64,000 nucleotides of DNA from Fistulifera solaris. Lineage: Eukaryota. The DNA lies in the NCBI GenBank assembly GCA_030295235.1, contig AP026136.1, positions 1,054,001 to 1,118,000 on the forward strand. Direction: 5' to 3'. The notes beneath the pieces were generated by a model, which did no database searches, was not told the origin of the DNA, and was given only the letters and a program-made list of their open reading frames with translations. Below are positions 49,043 through 60,155 of the stretch, piece after piece (positions within the stretch are counted from its first letter, which is position 1; each line of letters starts with the position of its first letter). The position numbers and the translations under genes are program-made.

Positions 49043-50599
49043 TTAGTTTCGCATTATCTTCCGTACCAGTTCGTCTGGTAAGCGGTTGTCTTGCATGAAT
49101 GATCTCATGTAAAGAATAGACTCGGTTCCCCAATCAATGGCTGGCCGCCCTTGTATAGACTTGCCCTGTAATCTGACAGGTGGCAAATGTTGCTGTAGTT
49201 GTGATTGCACCGACGACGATGCAGGAGCTTGCAATACCATTTCTGCAACTTGCATCAAAGAATCTAGACTGTTCATCTTCATGAAAGGACAAGTCGCACA
49301 CCCTCCAGATGTGCTGCACCCCTCGCCTCCTGAAACACCAGGAACGAGCGGCATGTCCATATCACCCGTGCCAGTCATAGCCGCGGACGCTACCGGGAAA
49401 ATGATTTCCGCTTCAATGTTTGGATTAGGGGCATCGGCCAGAATGTTCTGTACGGATTGTACGATGGATGTGATCATGCCGGCTTCTGTTCCCAATATGA
49501 ATTTTAACCTTTTCGGGTCGAGTTTCCTTGAAGCGTCCTTCACCTTGCGCGAAACAAATTTCAGTATATCAGAAGTAGAACCAACCACACCTTCATCGGA
49601 TAGTGACTTTTCCATAGCCATCTGGAACATTTCTCCAGGAACTTCGAGGTGTGCTGTAATGAAGCAGTCATCGTAATACTTCGATCGAACTGTCTCGACA
49701 ACTGCATCGCCAAACATGTGGTGAACAATACAGTTACCGGAGGGAAATACTGCGATAGAATCTCGTAAGCCCCGTAACGTTTCTCGATTGTGATTTGGAT
49801 GTAAATCTTTGGCAATCTTCTGATCGTTCCACGCCGGATCTTGCAGCAGTGCCGTCAGCAAAGTGACAAGATTCTCTCCCATGTAAGTGTCCGGTCCGTA
49901 CAAAATTTTGATATCCGGAACTTGCGCATATGCTTGCAAAATGGTAGCGAGAACATTGGATGATGTGCATGTAATAGTAGGTACCAGACTACTGCTGATC
50001 GCCTTTGTTTCCAAGCTTGTGTTAATGTAGACAACATGCAGTGAATTGGCGGCTGCCGACTCTTTTTCCAACCAAGCTCGATAGACGGCACGTTCCGCCG
50101 ATTCGGCAAGCGAACATCCGATTTTATTAGCAGTAGCTCGATAGACAGGCACATGTTCAAATCCGTTCTTGTGCAATATCGATTGCACCGATTCTGACAT
50201 GAAATCAACGCCGAGACAAGCAATTTGTTCTACTCTTCCACTTTGCATCATTTCCACTGCCATATCACCCATTTTGAGCGAATCAGCAATCCCGATAGCT
50301 GGATGACTCTTTTGAACGGCTTGCAACACACCTTGTAATTCCACATCCATGTAATAATGTGCAACGACTCCCAATTTAGCTTTTTCTAAAAGTTCCGCCA
50401 ATTCCTTGACGGCCACCGGATCCGGATCAAGATAGAGAGCTTGCGCCTCTGCGAAAGATCCTACTGGCTGTATCGATCGACCAATAATAAGCGACGGAAA
50501 CTGATCGACGGACTGCTCAAAGGCTGTCGTAACGGAAGCAAAACATCGAAAGGGAAGAGTCGGCGTTCTGGATAGCTTGGAAAGCAGTGTTCGGTGCAT
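49043..50599 (-). CDS. nadA: Quinolinate synthase (NadA)
   Basis: VVAHYY, DSL, GVDFMSE, GCSLA, YINTS, CTSSN, PDTYMG, CIVH, AHLE, GST, GTE, CPFMKMN. Confidence 0.95.
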   Translation of the reverse strand: MHRTLLSKLSRTPTLPFRCFASVTTAFEQSVDQFPSLIIGRSIQPVGSFAEAQALYLDPDPVAVKELAELLEKAKLGVVAHYYMDVELQGVLQAVQKSHPAIGIADSLKMGDMAVEMMQSGRVEQIACLGVDFMSESVQSILHKNGFEHVPVYRATANKIGCSLAESAERAVYRAWLEKESAAANSLHVVYINTSLETKAISSSLVPTITCTSSNVLATILQAYAQVPDIKILYGPDTYMGENLVTLLTALLQDPAWNDQKIAKDLHPNHNRETLRGLRDSIAVFPSGNCIVHHMFGDAVVETVRSKYYDDCFITAHLEVPGEMFQMAMEKSLSDEGVVGSTSDILKFVSRKVKDASRKLDPKRLKFILGTEAGMITSIVQSVQNILADAPNPNIEAEIIFPVASAAMTGTGDMDMPLVPGVSGGEGCSTSGGCATCPFMKMNSLDSLMQVAEMVLQAPASSSVQSQLQQHLPPVRLQGKSIQGRPAIDWGTESILYMRSFMQDNRLPDELVRKIMRN

Positions 50600-50725
50600 T
50601 TTAACGGAGAAATTTCAAGCAAGTTCTTTAATGTTGCAATCCAGTGTTTCTAGTTGTTGAATAACTATCGACTCTGGTTTGTTCGGTCGGTAAAGGCAAA
50701 AGCGTTTGCACTTGTTTCTGGATCC

Positions 50726-50788
<63 letters not shown>

Positions 50789-50800
50789 AACGATGATGAT
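50726..50800. repeat. (GAT)21-AAC-(GAT)3 microsatellite
   Basis: Read directly from the sequence. Confidence 0.98.
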
Positions 50801-51333
50801 GGAGCAACGGCATTCGTGCGGCGAAAATGGTGAGTGGTGTGAACGTTGTTGTGCAAGCCCTTCGTCCGCTCTTGGTTGCTTGCCAGACGGCCAGACAGAC
50901 AACCCATGTCACATGTTGTGGGTCATCCGGTCATCTCAATAAACATCCTAAGACTTCACTTTCATTCTTGAAGTGCAGAATGCGGCATATTTCTTTTGTC
51001 AAGAGTCTTTAGATAGTATTCTTGTAGGCCAATGATTTGAGCAATGACTCCTACTACTGCGTTCCGTACGAGAAGCTGACACTAGAAAAGAAAGAAGGAA
51101 GATGGCTGACTTTTCGTTTTCTGGAGGATCTGTATAGCCCCTTTCTGTAGAAGGTAAGACTGCTTGCCCGAACGAGTTACGCGAAAACGGCCCATTCCGG
51201 CACCGTATTCGGCACCCGCACACGCGGATGAATTTTTTAGGTGAGGTCGATTTGGTGTTGCTCTGTTGTGCTTGGCCTCCATTTTGTTCAAAGCACGACC
51301 ATCCGTGTCGGCACAAAGATATCGATAGACATC

Positions 51334-52173
51334 ATGACGGTAGCAATCTGCATTCAACAGGAGCCGGAACTGGAAACCATCAAGAGTTCTTCCTCTGTAG
51401 GCGGAAGCGAGGGTAGCAAAAGCCTCAGCCTTGGAGGGCGAAAATCGGTCCGGTTTTCTTTGAAACGAAACGAAATATTCATTCTAAGTGATGACTATGA
51501 GGGAGTAGAAATCAGCGAGATTTGGTTTGGAGGTGACGAATTTATTCGCATCAAAGCTAAATCGCGGGAAGAATCGAGGCAATGGAGGCGTCTGGGTTAT
51601 AGCGTCCTCCTCAAGGAGTGCTTTCACCGAAGAGATCTGGATGTGCAGCATCAGCTGAATGCCTTCTGTCAGCTAGAAGATGAATTATGCCGTCGAGGAC
51701 TCGAGCGGCATCTATCGAAACAGCATGCCGAAGAGCGATCTGACTGCAAAGATATTTCGAGACAGGCTGTACTTTCTACTCAAAAGCGAATGAGAAATAA
51801 AGATGCTAACAGCGATGAAACAATCAGAATGGTTTCAGAAGCCTATGAACAGCAAACACGAAGCTCCAAGATGTTCGCACATCGTATGGGACTTGCTGAT
51901 GAATATACAGTGAAGAAAGGGTGCAATTCGAGCGCGGCAAGTAAATATCTTGAAGAGGAAGAATACGAATGTGGAGGCAGGCGAAGAATGCAACGACGTC
52001 TGAGTAATTACTCGGTGGTGTCAACAAATTCAATGGATTCACGCCGCAGATGGCTTGCGACAACAGAACGGCAAAACGCCGACCCACACCCGCTTCACCG
52101 GCTTCCGTATCAGATGATTTCTACGCAGCGATTGCGTAGCTTGAACGACTTTTATGTTTCATATTCAGACTAA
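51334..52173 (+). CDS. Diatom-type hypothetical protein of the 'KSVRF...W...RGLE...A...G..D' family
   Basis: KSVRF, IWF, CRRGLER, AVLSTQ, AHRMGLADE motifs. Confidence 0.75.
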   Translation: MTVAICIQQEPELETIKSSSSVGGSEGSKSLSLGGRKSVRFSLKRNEIFILSDDYEGVEISEIWFGGDEFIRIKAKSREESRQWRRLGYSVLLKECFHRRDLDVQHQLNAFCQLEDELCRRGLERHLSKQHAEERSDCKDISRQAVLSTQKRMRNKDANSDETIRMVSEAYEQQTRSSKMFAHRMGLADEYTVKKGCNSSAASKYLEEEEYECGGRRRMQRRLSNYSVVSTNSMDSRRRWLATTERQNADPHPLHRLPYQMISTQRLRSLNDFYVSYSD

Positions 52174-52424
52174 TGGTGCTATGTTTTAGAGGGGACATAT
52201 TTAAAGAATCATGATAATGATCATTTACGCTAGACTAATACTAAATTCATGCTCGCATGATTATAGTGAGGTGGCTAAATATTACCAGGTAGAAATCATC
52301 TAGACTGCTGTCTCTAGTAACTTAAACAAATCTATACAATCACACGAGATCATGGACGAACGATCTACAAGTACAGGCGCCGTATTCTTGGCCAGGCTAT
52401 TTGCAGTGCACGAATCTCGAAGCT

Positions 52425-53542
52425 CTACCGTCTTTTGCGTCGACTTCGGAAAGCACAACATGCAATAAATATCCCAAGGATACCGAATGAAAGGAGCACC
52501 CACGCCCATGGCTCCACTTTCTTCCCTTCCGATACACCCTTCACTTCAACGACAGGAGGCTTTGTTTCTGTTAGATTGGTATCAGGGCCTTCGCCATCTG
52601 CAAAGTCTACGACGTATGACACGTCTACGACGTCGGGGTGAACCGCGTTGAGCAGTCCTTTTTCCATCATTTCTTTTGCCGAGACCACTACAAAAGGTTC
52701 AGTCCAGCTCAAAGATAGCGAGTCGTCTTGAGACAATATCGTCAAGGCACCAGATACTACAAAACAGCGTCTTGCGTTTCCCAGTAGTGACGTTCTGCAT
52801 CTCACTTGAGAAAGAAAGAGCAAATGTGAGCTATAAAGACCTCCATATTGTCTAACTTTAACATTGCAAACAGTACGCCAATCTCACCTCCGTCTACTCC
52901 CGGAAGGACTGTATCCTTTGGATCAGATAGGAAACCTGATACAGTCGCCCCATCTATTGGTTGATCCACAGAAATGCGTGTCTCTACGACTGTGATATTC
53001 CCGGGCGAGCAGAGTGAGTCCACAAAGACGTTTGTTAGCAATTGCTGAGCGAGAGCTTTCTCCAACAAGAACAAAACCTCTTCTTCCATTCTCACGACGG
53101 TTTGATGTAGCGTGGTCTGAACCTGATAAAGAAAGGAAATCTGATGTGACTGCGTCCCTGTTCCGAAGGCACCGTCGTCATCGACATCGCACGACGAAGA
53201 TGATAACGTAGTGGGTGGTTTAGTTGCTTCGTCTTCCGGGGCAGGATCTTTTGTTGCAGAGGTTTCGTTACCAGTTATCGACGTTGTGGGTGGACTCGTT
53301 GCTTCATTTATTGGAGCAGGCATGTTGGTTGCGGAGGTTTCACTACCAGTTGGCGACGTGGTGGGTGCATTGGATGCTTCCACTTCCGTAGCAGGTTCAC
53401 TGGTTGTAGAGGTTTCGTTTCCAAGCACATCTTGCTCTACCGGTGTGGAACAATATCGAGAATCTAAACACAAGGCGTCCAAATTGAGTTGACGTGAGGG
53501 TTTCCGACGAAGCGACCGTCGCCCATTTTTTGTGTCGTCCAT
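52425..53542 (-). CDS. Single-pass membrane protein with three approximately 25-aa Thr/Pro-rich repeats; intron about 52802-52886
   Basis: GNETSTT..PT / GSETSAT..PT / GNETSAT..PT repeats; C-terminal TM WAWVLLSFGILGIFIACCAF followed by RSRRKRR. Confidence 0.7.
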
Positions 53543-54134
53543 GATGATTGCTACAGCGATTCCTTGTGTTTCAATTTACTCTCCCTTGATTGCCGTGCTG
53601 TTCTTATTGACAGAAAAGTGAGAATACCGAGTCGTTAAAAGGGATCGGGCGAGCATTCATTATTATTTGGTTTTATTTATGTTGTTTATTGTTGTCATGT
53701 TTTGCCAAGCAAGTCCAAGTGCCAATAGAGGCGAGCAGAAAAGAGAAAACGGAAAAAGAGGTGAGAAGAAAAAAGAACCCGCGTTGTGCCATACGATTCA
53801 TTCTGGAGAGGCCCTTTGCGGTACATCCTTTCTCCAAAAAAGTCATCAGCTACTATGAATTACGAAGTGGCCATATGCTGTTAATTTCAAAATGACCCAA
53901 GCGTCTCTCCGCTCTCCGCCTTGCGCCTCCGCCTTGCGCCTCCGACGCCGCGCGTCCACCTCTCTATCTCTGACGCTAATGGAGTTTAGTATGTAAACAG
54001 GGCTCATTCTTTCATCATCAATCCCTTGTTCCCTTATTTCATTATTTCTCATAGCAAAAACCAACAGCTCGAGTTCGGCTTAAAGGCTCTCTTGACATCA
54101 AAGCCAACGACATCTTGCTCTGTTCAATAATTGG

Positions 54135-55255
54135 ATGAAGGCTATGTCCATATTCTTCGCGACCGCCTTCGTGGCCGCCTCTAAGGCTTTTTTCTTTTCG
54201 TTCGTCGCGAACATCATCCTCTCGGTTGTATTTTTCTGTCAGCAAGGTCAGCGCTCCTCCAAGATATAGTGAAAAGGATGTTCAATTGATGAAAAACATC
54301 TTATACCGCGTCCGAGCAGTGAATCAAATGCCCGAAGAAGTGCGATCCAGATTAATTGAATTTCACATTGACGGCGTTTGTGTCGGAAAGGTAGATCCAT
54401 TTATTGCACAACTAGTTTGTTCGGCGGATACTGTTTTTACCAAAAATCAAGACAACATTTTGACGTTGACAGCAGATGCGGGAACAACATTTGCCTCTCG
54501 TACACAAGCTGTGGCTAGGGTCATGGAGAAATTACGAGACGATGGAATTGTGCAAGGATGGCGAAATGAGGATTATCCAGTGAGCACCGGCTTCTACGAT
54601 GAAACCTATTTCGTAATTGAACGGGCTGCTGCTGCCTTTCTTGGGATACTGGAATATGTACGTAGACACCGAACGGGCTAGTGTTGTTAATTGCAATGCG
54701 GTCCCACTCATCATTTGTCTTACTACAGGGAGTGCATATTAATGGCTTAGTTAGAAGCGATGACGGATCACAACCTCGTATGTGGATAGGTCGACGATCA
54801 CCTACCAAATCGAAGTATCCTGGCATGCTAGATCACATTGTAGCTGGTGGACAACCCGCAGGGCTTTCGTTGATGGAAAATGTGGTCAAAGAGTGCGTGG
54901 AGGAAGCAGGCATTCCGGAGCATTTGACTTTAGCGGGGTTCGACCCGCCGGAGCTATCAGCTACGAGACCTATTCAACAAAGCATAAAGCAGTCTCTCGT
55001 GTCGTTCTCTTCAATTATGATCTCTATCTACCAGCTGATTTTGTTCCAAAGCCGGTCGATGGTGAAGTGGACGAGTTCTTTCTCTGGACTATAGATCAAG
55101 TTCTTGAATCGATGGACCCCAATTACCCAGATCCAATCAAGCCGAATTGCTACAGCGTGATCATTGACTATTTGTTACGTGAAGGTCATATCTCTCCAGA
55201 AGTTCCCGGCTATCTCGATGTTTTAAAAGAACTCAGGAGCGGAGATTGTAGATAG
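54135..55255 (+). CDS. Nudix hydrolase of the NUDT20/DUF4743 type, plastid-targeted; intron about 54658-54728; frameshifts about 54190 and about 54935
   Basis: [64 protein letters not shown]; leader [19 protein letters not shown]. Confidence 0.88.
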
Positions 55256-55541
55256 GTAAGGACAGTTAGAGGGGTATGTTAGAGATTCTTACTCTAGCAA
55301 AGACTTCTAGTATTCGCGAGCTCCGCAAGGCTAGATTCTAGAAACCAATGTGAAATAGTAAACAAAGAATTTACTGTTATTAATGGCCAGAAAGGAAGAT
55401 TTGACTTTATCCACCCCATTTATTAAGATATCATTTTACCATACAACAGTAAATGACAACAACCAGATGAAAAAGAGACTTGATGAGATAATAGAACGCC
55501 GACTACTTCATAGAGATGTAGTGGCCAATGAGAGCAGGAAT

Positions 55542-56022
55542 TTATTCTCCCTTCTCATCCGCTGGCTCGGCGTCATCACCCTCGGCTTGATCGCTGGTCC
55601 ACAGCGTCAAGTTGTCTCGAAGAAGCTGCATGATCAGTGTTGAATCCTTGTATGACTCCTCGTTGAGGGTATCGAGCTCAGCGATGGCATCGTCGAACGC
55701 TTGCTTGGCAATCTGGCAAGCCTTATCTGGGGAATTTAGAATCTCGTAGTAGAATACGGAGAAGTTGAGGGCAAGACCCAATCGAATGGGGTGTGTCGGC
55801 GGGAGATCGGAGCTCGCGATGCCACTGGCGGCTTGGTAGGCGTCAAGAGCCGCGCTGGCGCTCTCCTTTCGGGTGTCTCCGACCTGGAATTCGGAAAGGT
55901 AGCGGTGGTAGTCTCCCTTCATCTTGTAGTAGAAAACCTTGGCCTCCTCAGAAGTAGAGTTGGGGATCAAAGAGTCTTCGATGATGCTGAGAATGTCGTT
56001 GCAGATCTCAACCAGCTCGGTT

Positions 56023-56053
<31 letters not shown>

Positions 56054-56276
56054 TCATCTTGTCCGGGTCTCCCTTTTGCTCAATGCTGGTGACAACACGC
56101 CACGACGCACGACGAGATCCAATCACGTTCTTGTAGGCAACCGACAGCAAGTTGCGCTCTTCGACGGTGAGTTCTTGCGGTTGACGAGCAACGTCCTTCA
56201 TGTCCGAGACCATCTCGTCGAAACGCTCGGCTTGCTCAGCGAGCTTGGCCTTGTAAACTAGAGCTTCACGATCCAT
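55542..56276 (-). CDS. 14-3-3 protein
   Basis: Canonical [57 protein letters not shown]. Confidence 0.99.
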
Positions 56277-57273
56277 TGTTATCCTATTTTATTATTGCCG
56301 AAGTTAGTTGATTCGAACGCAACTTTTTATGATCTAAATGGTTCTGCACGGTATGGCACTGCGAGAGACCGCATATACCGCTGCCTCACAGCGAATTAAT
56401 ACTTCGGTTCCGACAGCGTTTCGGAATTCCTACATCCTTATTGATAGTTACATGTCCGATGACTGCGACACTTGCAAGGTGACCCTCTTCAAAACGCTAT
56501 AGTCATCATAGTGCACCACTTTCTGGAAGATACAAGTCGCAGGCCGCTCCGCGCGCCTCCGCGATCGTACGTCGTCGAATTTTGGAAGGCGGAAGACGAA
56601 ACCCTCGGCAAAAAGAGAAAGAGAAGGATCTGGAGCAACAATCGTATTGACAGACAGACACCTTTCGTCAGGTCGTCGACCGTCGCTACGATTTACGTCC
56701 ACAAGCCGCACTTCCTTCAAAACTGCGAGGTCGAAGTGCATCCAAGACTGGTCATTGTTCTTGTATAGCTATGTGTGTACTATTTATTCTTGATCTGGGT
56801 TGCTGGTTGGCGTGAAAAGTCCGTCCGCTCCGAATTCTGAAGTTGGAGTGGAAGGAGAGGCGCAAAGATCGGACGGTTCAAGTAATCGCGGAAGTGTTCT
56901 TGCTTCTTGTTTCACTGTACATAGTCCGACTAAAAAACGGGATAAAAGAGCAAGTGATCTTGTTGGCAATTAAACATCTTATCACGGAATCCAGCTTGAA
57001 AATGGATGCCAGATGCCAAATCTCCACCCACCTATTACACGCCCATTTACTTTTCTACAATTTGCGAAGCGGGAAGAACATACATTTTAAAACGTTTTGT
57101 CGAGGTCGAATCAAACAAATTGACATATATCATCTAATATTACATCAAAGAATCATAGGAATGTCATCGACAATAATGAATTTCACGGCCGATACCTTCA
57201 CAGTCGAACAACTATCCTCGACAAAGCCATCAAAAGTCTTGACGATCACAGCTCAGCGACAAGTGTAACAGAA

Positions 57274-57597
57274 ATGGAAAACTCCACCAGCCAAAGTGAA
57301 GAATTGGGGTCATCATTGGATCTAGGGAGCGACGCTCGACATTGTAGAGGCTTAGCGGATTCTAGTGACTGGGATGACTCGTTTGCCGGGGAAGATTCTT
57401 TTGCTGTACATGAAGGAACTGGGCCGTACCGACCTGTGGCATTTCGCGAGCTAGTGACCGTTGGTGAACATGGAGAAGGAGAAGACGAGGAAGAAGAAGA
57501 CGACTACAAAAGCAACGGCGACAACAACTCCAGTCCATTACATTCAGAAAGAAAAACGGAAACGAAAATTATTACAACTAACGAACGGCTGTGCTAG
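57274..57597 (+). CDS. Small acidic hypothetical protein
   Basis: 107-aa ATG ORF with diatom-like DDSFAGEDSFA motif; overlaps the next gene's stop by 4 bp. Confidence 0.45.
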   Translation: MENSTSQSEELGSSLDLGSDARHCRGLADSSDWDDSFAGEDSFAVHEGTGPYRPVAFRELVTVGEHGEGEDEEEEDDYKSNGDNNSSPLHSERKTETKIITTNERLC

Positions 57598-58322
57598 CCG
57601 AAATCTGACAAAACTGGCGTCAAAACTGACTCTGGAACAATTGCACCTTCTTTAATAACTTTTGCATACCATCCGCGAAGCCCGGGTTTTGAAGCTAATA
57701 TACTTATAAATCCTTGGCATTCTTTGATACGCTCTTTGGGTGTCTTCGAATCATCATTGATGTATGGTAATTTGCACAGATTAGCGCAAGGAATTACGGG
57801 TTCGGTAATCTCCAGAACAACCTCGTTCTCCCTGCATTTCAAACGATACTGCTTACCAGGCTCAAAGAAAGAATAGCTGACTTTATCCAGCAAAATGTTT
57901 TCTCCTAGATCACCGTCCATCGCCTGATACCCATACGATCTCAAAAGGTCCATCGTATCGGTTGTCAGCAAAGAAACCGCTCGATCGGGTATTCCCTTCA
58001 AGGTAATGGTTCTGTAATGGTTGTAGTCCCCTCGAATGCCCGCTTTGCTAAGCCAGATTCCCTCTTTCTGTTCATCCTTTCGTGTCGTGTAGAATCGACT
58101 CGACGGTCGAGAATTCTCGTCATCGAATTTCCGCGCAGCTAGTCGACTAACGTAACCAGTAGGCAATGAATTATCACTGTCCTTTATAGAAGATTTGGAC
58201 GCCAGCAATTTACTATTGTCCCTTACTCCCATTGAAGCGCAACTGACCCACTCCCCAACGAGCATTACGAGAGGAAGAAAGGTACGCACAGTAAACATGC
58301 TGATTGAGAGACTATCCGCCAT
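57594..58322 (-). CDS. MOSC-domain protein (YiiM-like)
   Basis: GIRGD, RAVSL, GDLGENI, LEITEP..PC..L, RGWYAKVIKEGAI. Confidence 0.88.
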   Translation of the reverse strand: MADSLSISMFTVRTFLPLVMLVGEWVSCASMGVRDNSKLLASKSSIKDSDNSLPTGYVSRLAARKFDDENSRPSSRFYTTRKDEQKEGIWLSKAGIRGDYNHYRTITLKGIPDRAVSLLTTDTMDLLRSYGYQAMDGDLGENILLDKVSYSFFEPGKQYRLKCRENEVVLEITEPVIPCANLCKLPYINDDSKTPKERIKECQGFISILASKPGLRGWYAKVIKEGAIVPESVLTPVLSDFG

Positions 58323-59282
58323 ATATTGATGTAACTTCCATTAATCCACGCGCTTGAGAATTAAAGCGCTCCGAATTTTATGAGAGGGACGTGCGAGACA
58401 AAGGAGTATGTGCGAGAATTCAATGAATAATTAACATGACTGATTTCAGTCATGAGCGAAAGAGTAAGTTTTGACTTTTTATTGCAAGCCATAAAAACCG
58501 ATTTTGCGGATCATAAACTGCTGTTCGTTTTACCAAGTAAAAGATGTTCGTTTGTTCTTAAGACAATACATTGAACATAAGAGCATTCGCGCTATTGATT
58601 TTCATTTCGAGAAGAATACATCATGTTTGTGGAACGTTGTCGTCGTAATGGGCCAATCCCACGACTGCAAATCAGTGATGAATGATGATTTTTCCGAGCG
58701 TAACTGATAATTCATCTCTGCGTGCTAATGCAAGAATGGTAAGCTTGTATTGACGTTAGCCTTACGTAATATATTTCAGCAGCATTTGGAGTGCAAGTCT
58801 TGGGTTTTTCCGTGTCGAAAATAGTCAGGAATATTCGGAAGCCTTAGTATTGAGTATTGAACAAACAAATAGGGATGGTTACAACGAGCTTGGGGCCAAA
58901 TCCGAGCGCTGCCGGCGTCAATACCGATCAGACGCGAGGGAATATTGACTAAAATCTTATCGGCCAAAGTGTGCCTGAACGATGTCATAACGACTGCACT
59001 CCAGTCATGAATCATCATGAATTGTGCCGACGACGATGATTTTATTTATTTTATGAAAAGTTAATTGCTACGCAGTATAACACATTTTATTCGCTTTCTT
59101 GGGGCGATACTTTAATCCGTTCTCTCTCCTTGAGTTTGAAGAGACTATAGGAAGATTGGGATCTGGGTTTTATCGTATTTGTCCCACAGCGAAGAAAATT
59201 TGTGTTTTTGGGTCCGCGCATTATTGCTGGGTTGCGGGGAACGTAATAATTTCATGTTTCTTAGCTTTCTCAATTAAAGCCG

Positions 59283-59843
59283 ATGGTTTGGAGTATATTA
59301 TTGATTTGGTTGATAAATAGAGCGGTGAGTTGGAGCATTCCATTTCCGGGAGGAGGAAAAGTGTCCTATCAAGATGGTATACTTCGAATTCAGACTCGAG
59401 CAGTTCCGAACGCGACAATACCTCCGCCAGGTTCTTGCGCCTCGTCACAGACGCTGAAATCAATTGAAATTCGAGATACAGGGACGGTGAAAGGGTTCGG
59501 TGCGTACTGCCTAATCGATTTACCGCAATTCACATTTTTAGGATTTTATCCGGATGATTGTGTCATCACGGATCTAAAAAACTGTGCAAGCAGTGATTAC
59601 GTCTTGTCTCTGGACGGGGGAGCCACTTTCTTGGATGGGTATACCAGAGCGCAAAATCGCACCATCTTTTCGCCCGTCCATATGAATCATGCTGATTCAG
59701 ATACTCTCGAATGCAACTGTTTCCGATTACTTGACAATAGAACGGTAGCCTTCTTTACGTCTCGTGGGATAAGACAAGGTGAAGAGCTGTGTTTTGATTA
59801 CGGTCCAAACTATTGGCGAGGACGTGAGAATGAGAAAATATAA
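59283..59843 (+). CDS. Stand-alone SET-domain protein with N-terminal signal peptide
   Basis: KGFGAY, FLGFY, MNHAD, FFTSRGIRQGEELCFDYGPNYW. Confidence 0.88.
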   Translation: MVWSILLIWLINRAVSWSIPFPGGGKVSYQDGILRIQTRAVPNATIPPPGSCASSQTLKSIEIRDTGTVKGFGAYCLIDLPQFTFLGFYPDDCVITDLKNCASSDYVLSLDGGATFLDGYTRAQNRTIFSPVHMNHADSDTLECNCFRLLDNRTVAFFTSRGIRQGEELCFDYGPNYWRGRENEKI

Positions 59844-60155
59844 GTAAAAGTTTGCTCCGTGGGTTGCTCAACCGTGCTTGCTCCACCAGTACTTTCAATT
59901 TTTCCCAATCAACCTACGATATTGTGACAAGTAAAGAATATGTATCAATTCGCTGCTTTCTTTTGTGCTATGAGTCGCCTTCCGTATTTACCGTGTCGGA
60001 GACATTTCGAATGAGAAAAAAGTCTATCGGCGCACTTTAGAGGGTAATAATATGAGTCAAACTCGCTCACCCGATCCTCGAAAAACCAATCTAGCTGAGA
60101 AGTCTACTAAAGTCGGCCGAGGGACGTTGACCATTCGCAATCATAGGATTACGTA

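Noticed and set aside
50615..50942. Poly-His, poly-Ile, poly-Ser and poly-Met ORFs
   Set aside because: Artefacts of the (GAT)n microsatellite being open in several frames.
56448..57268. Short ORFs between 14-3-3 and the MOSC gene
   Set aside because: No ATG-led coherent frame or domain motif; cannot be supported.
58674..58730. Possible C/D-box snoRNA (TGATGA ... CTGA)
   Set aside because: Boxes too close together, no convincing terminal stem or recognisable rRNA guide, and it overlaps the recurrent promoter element.
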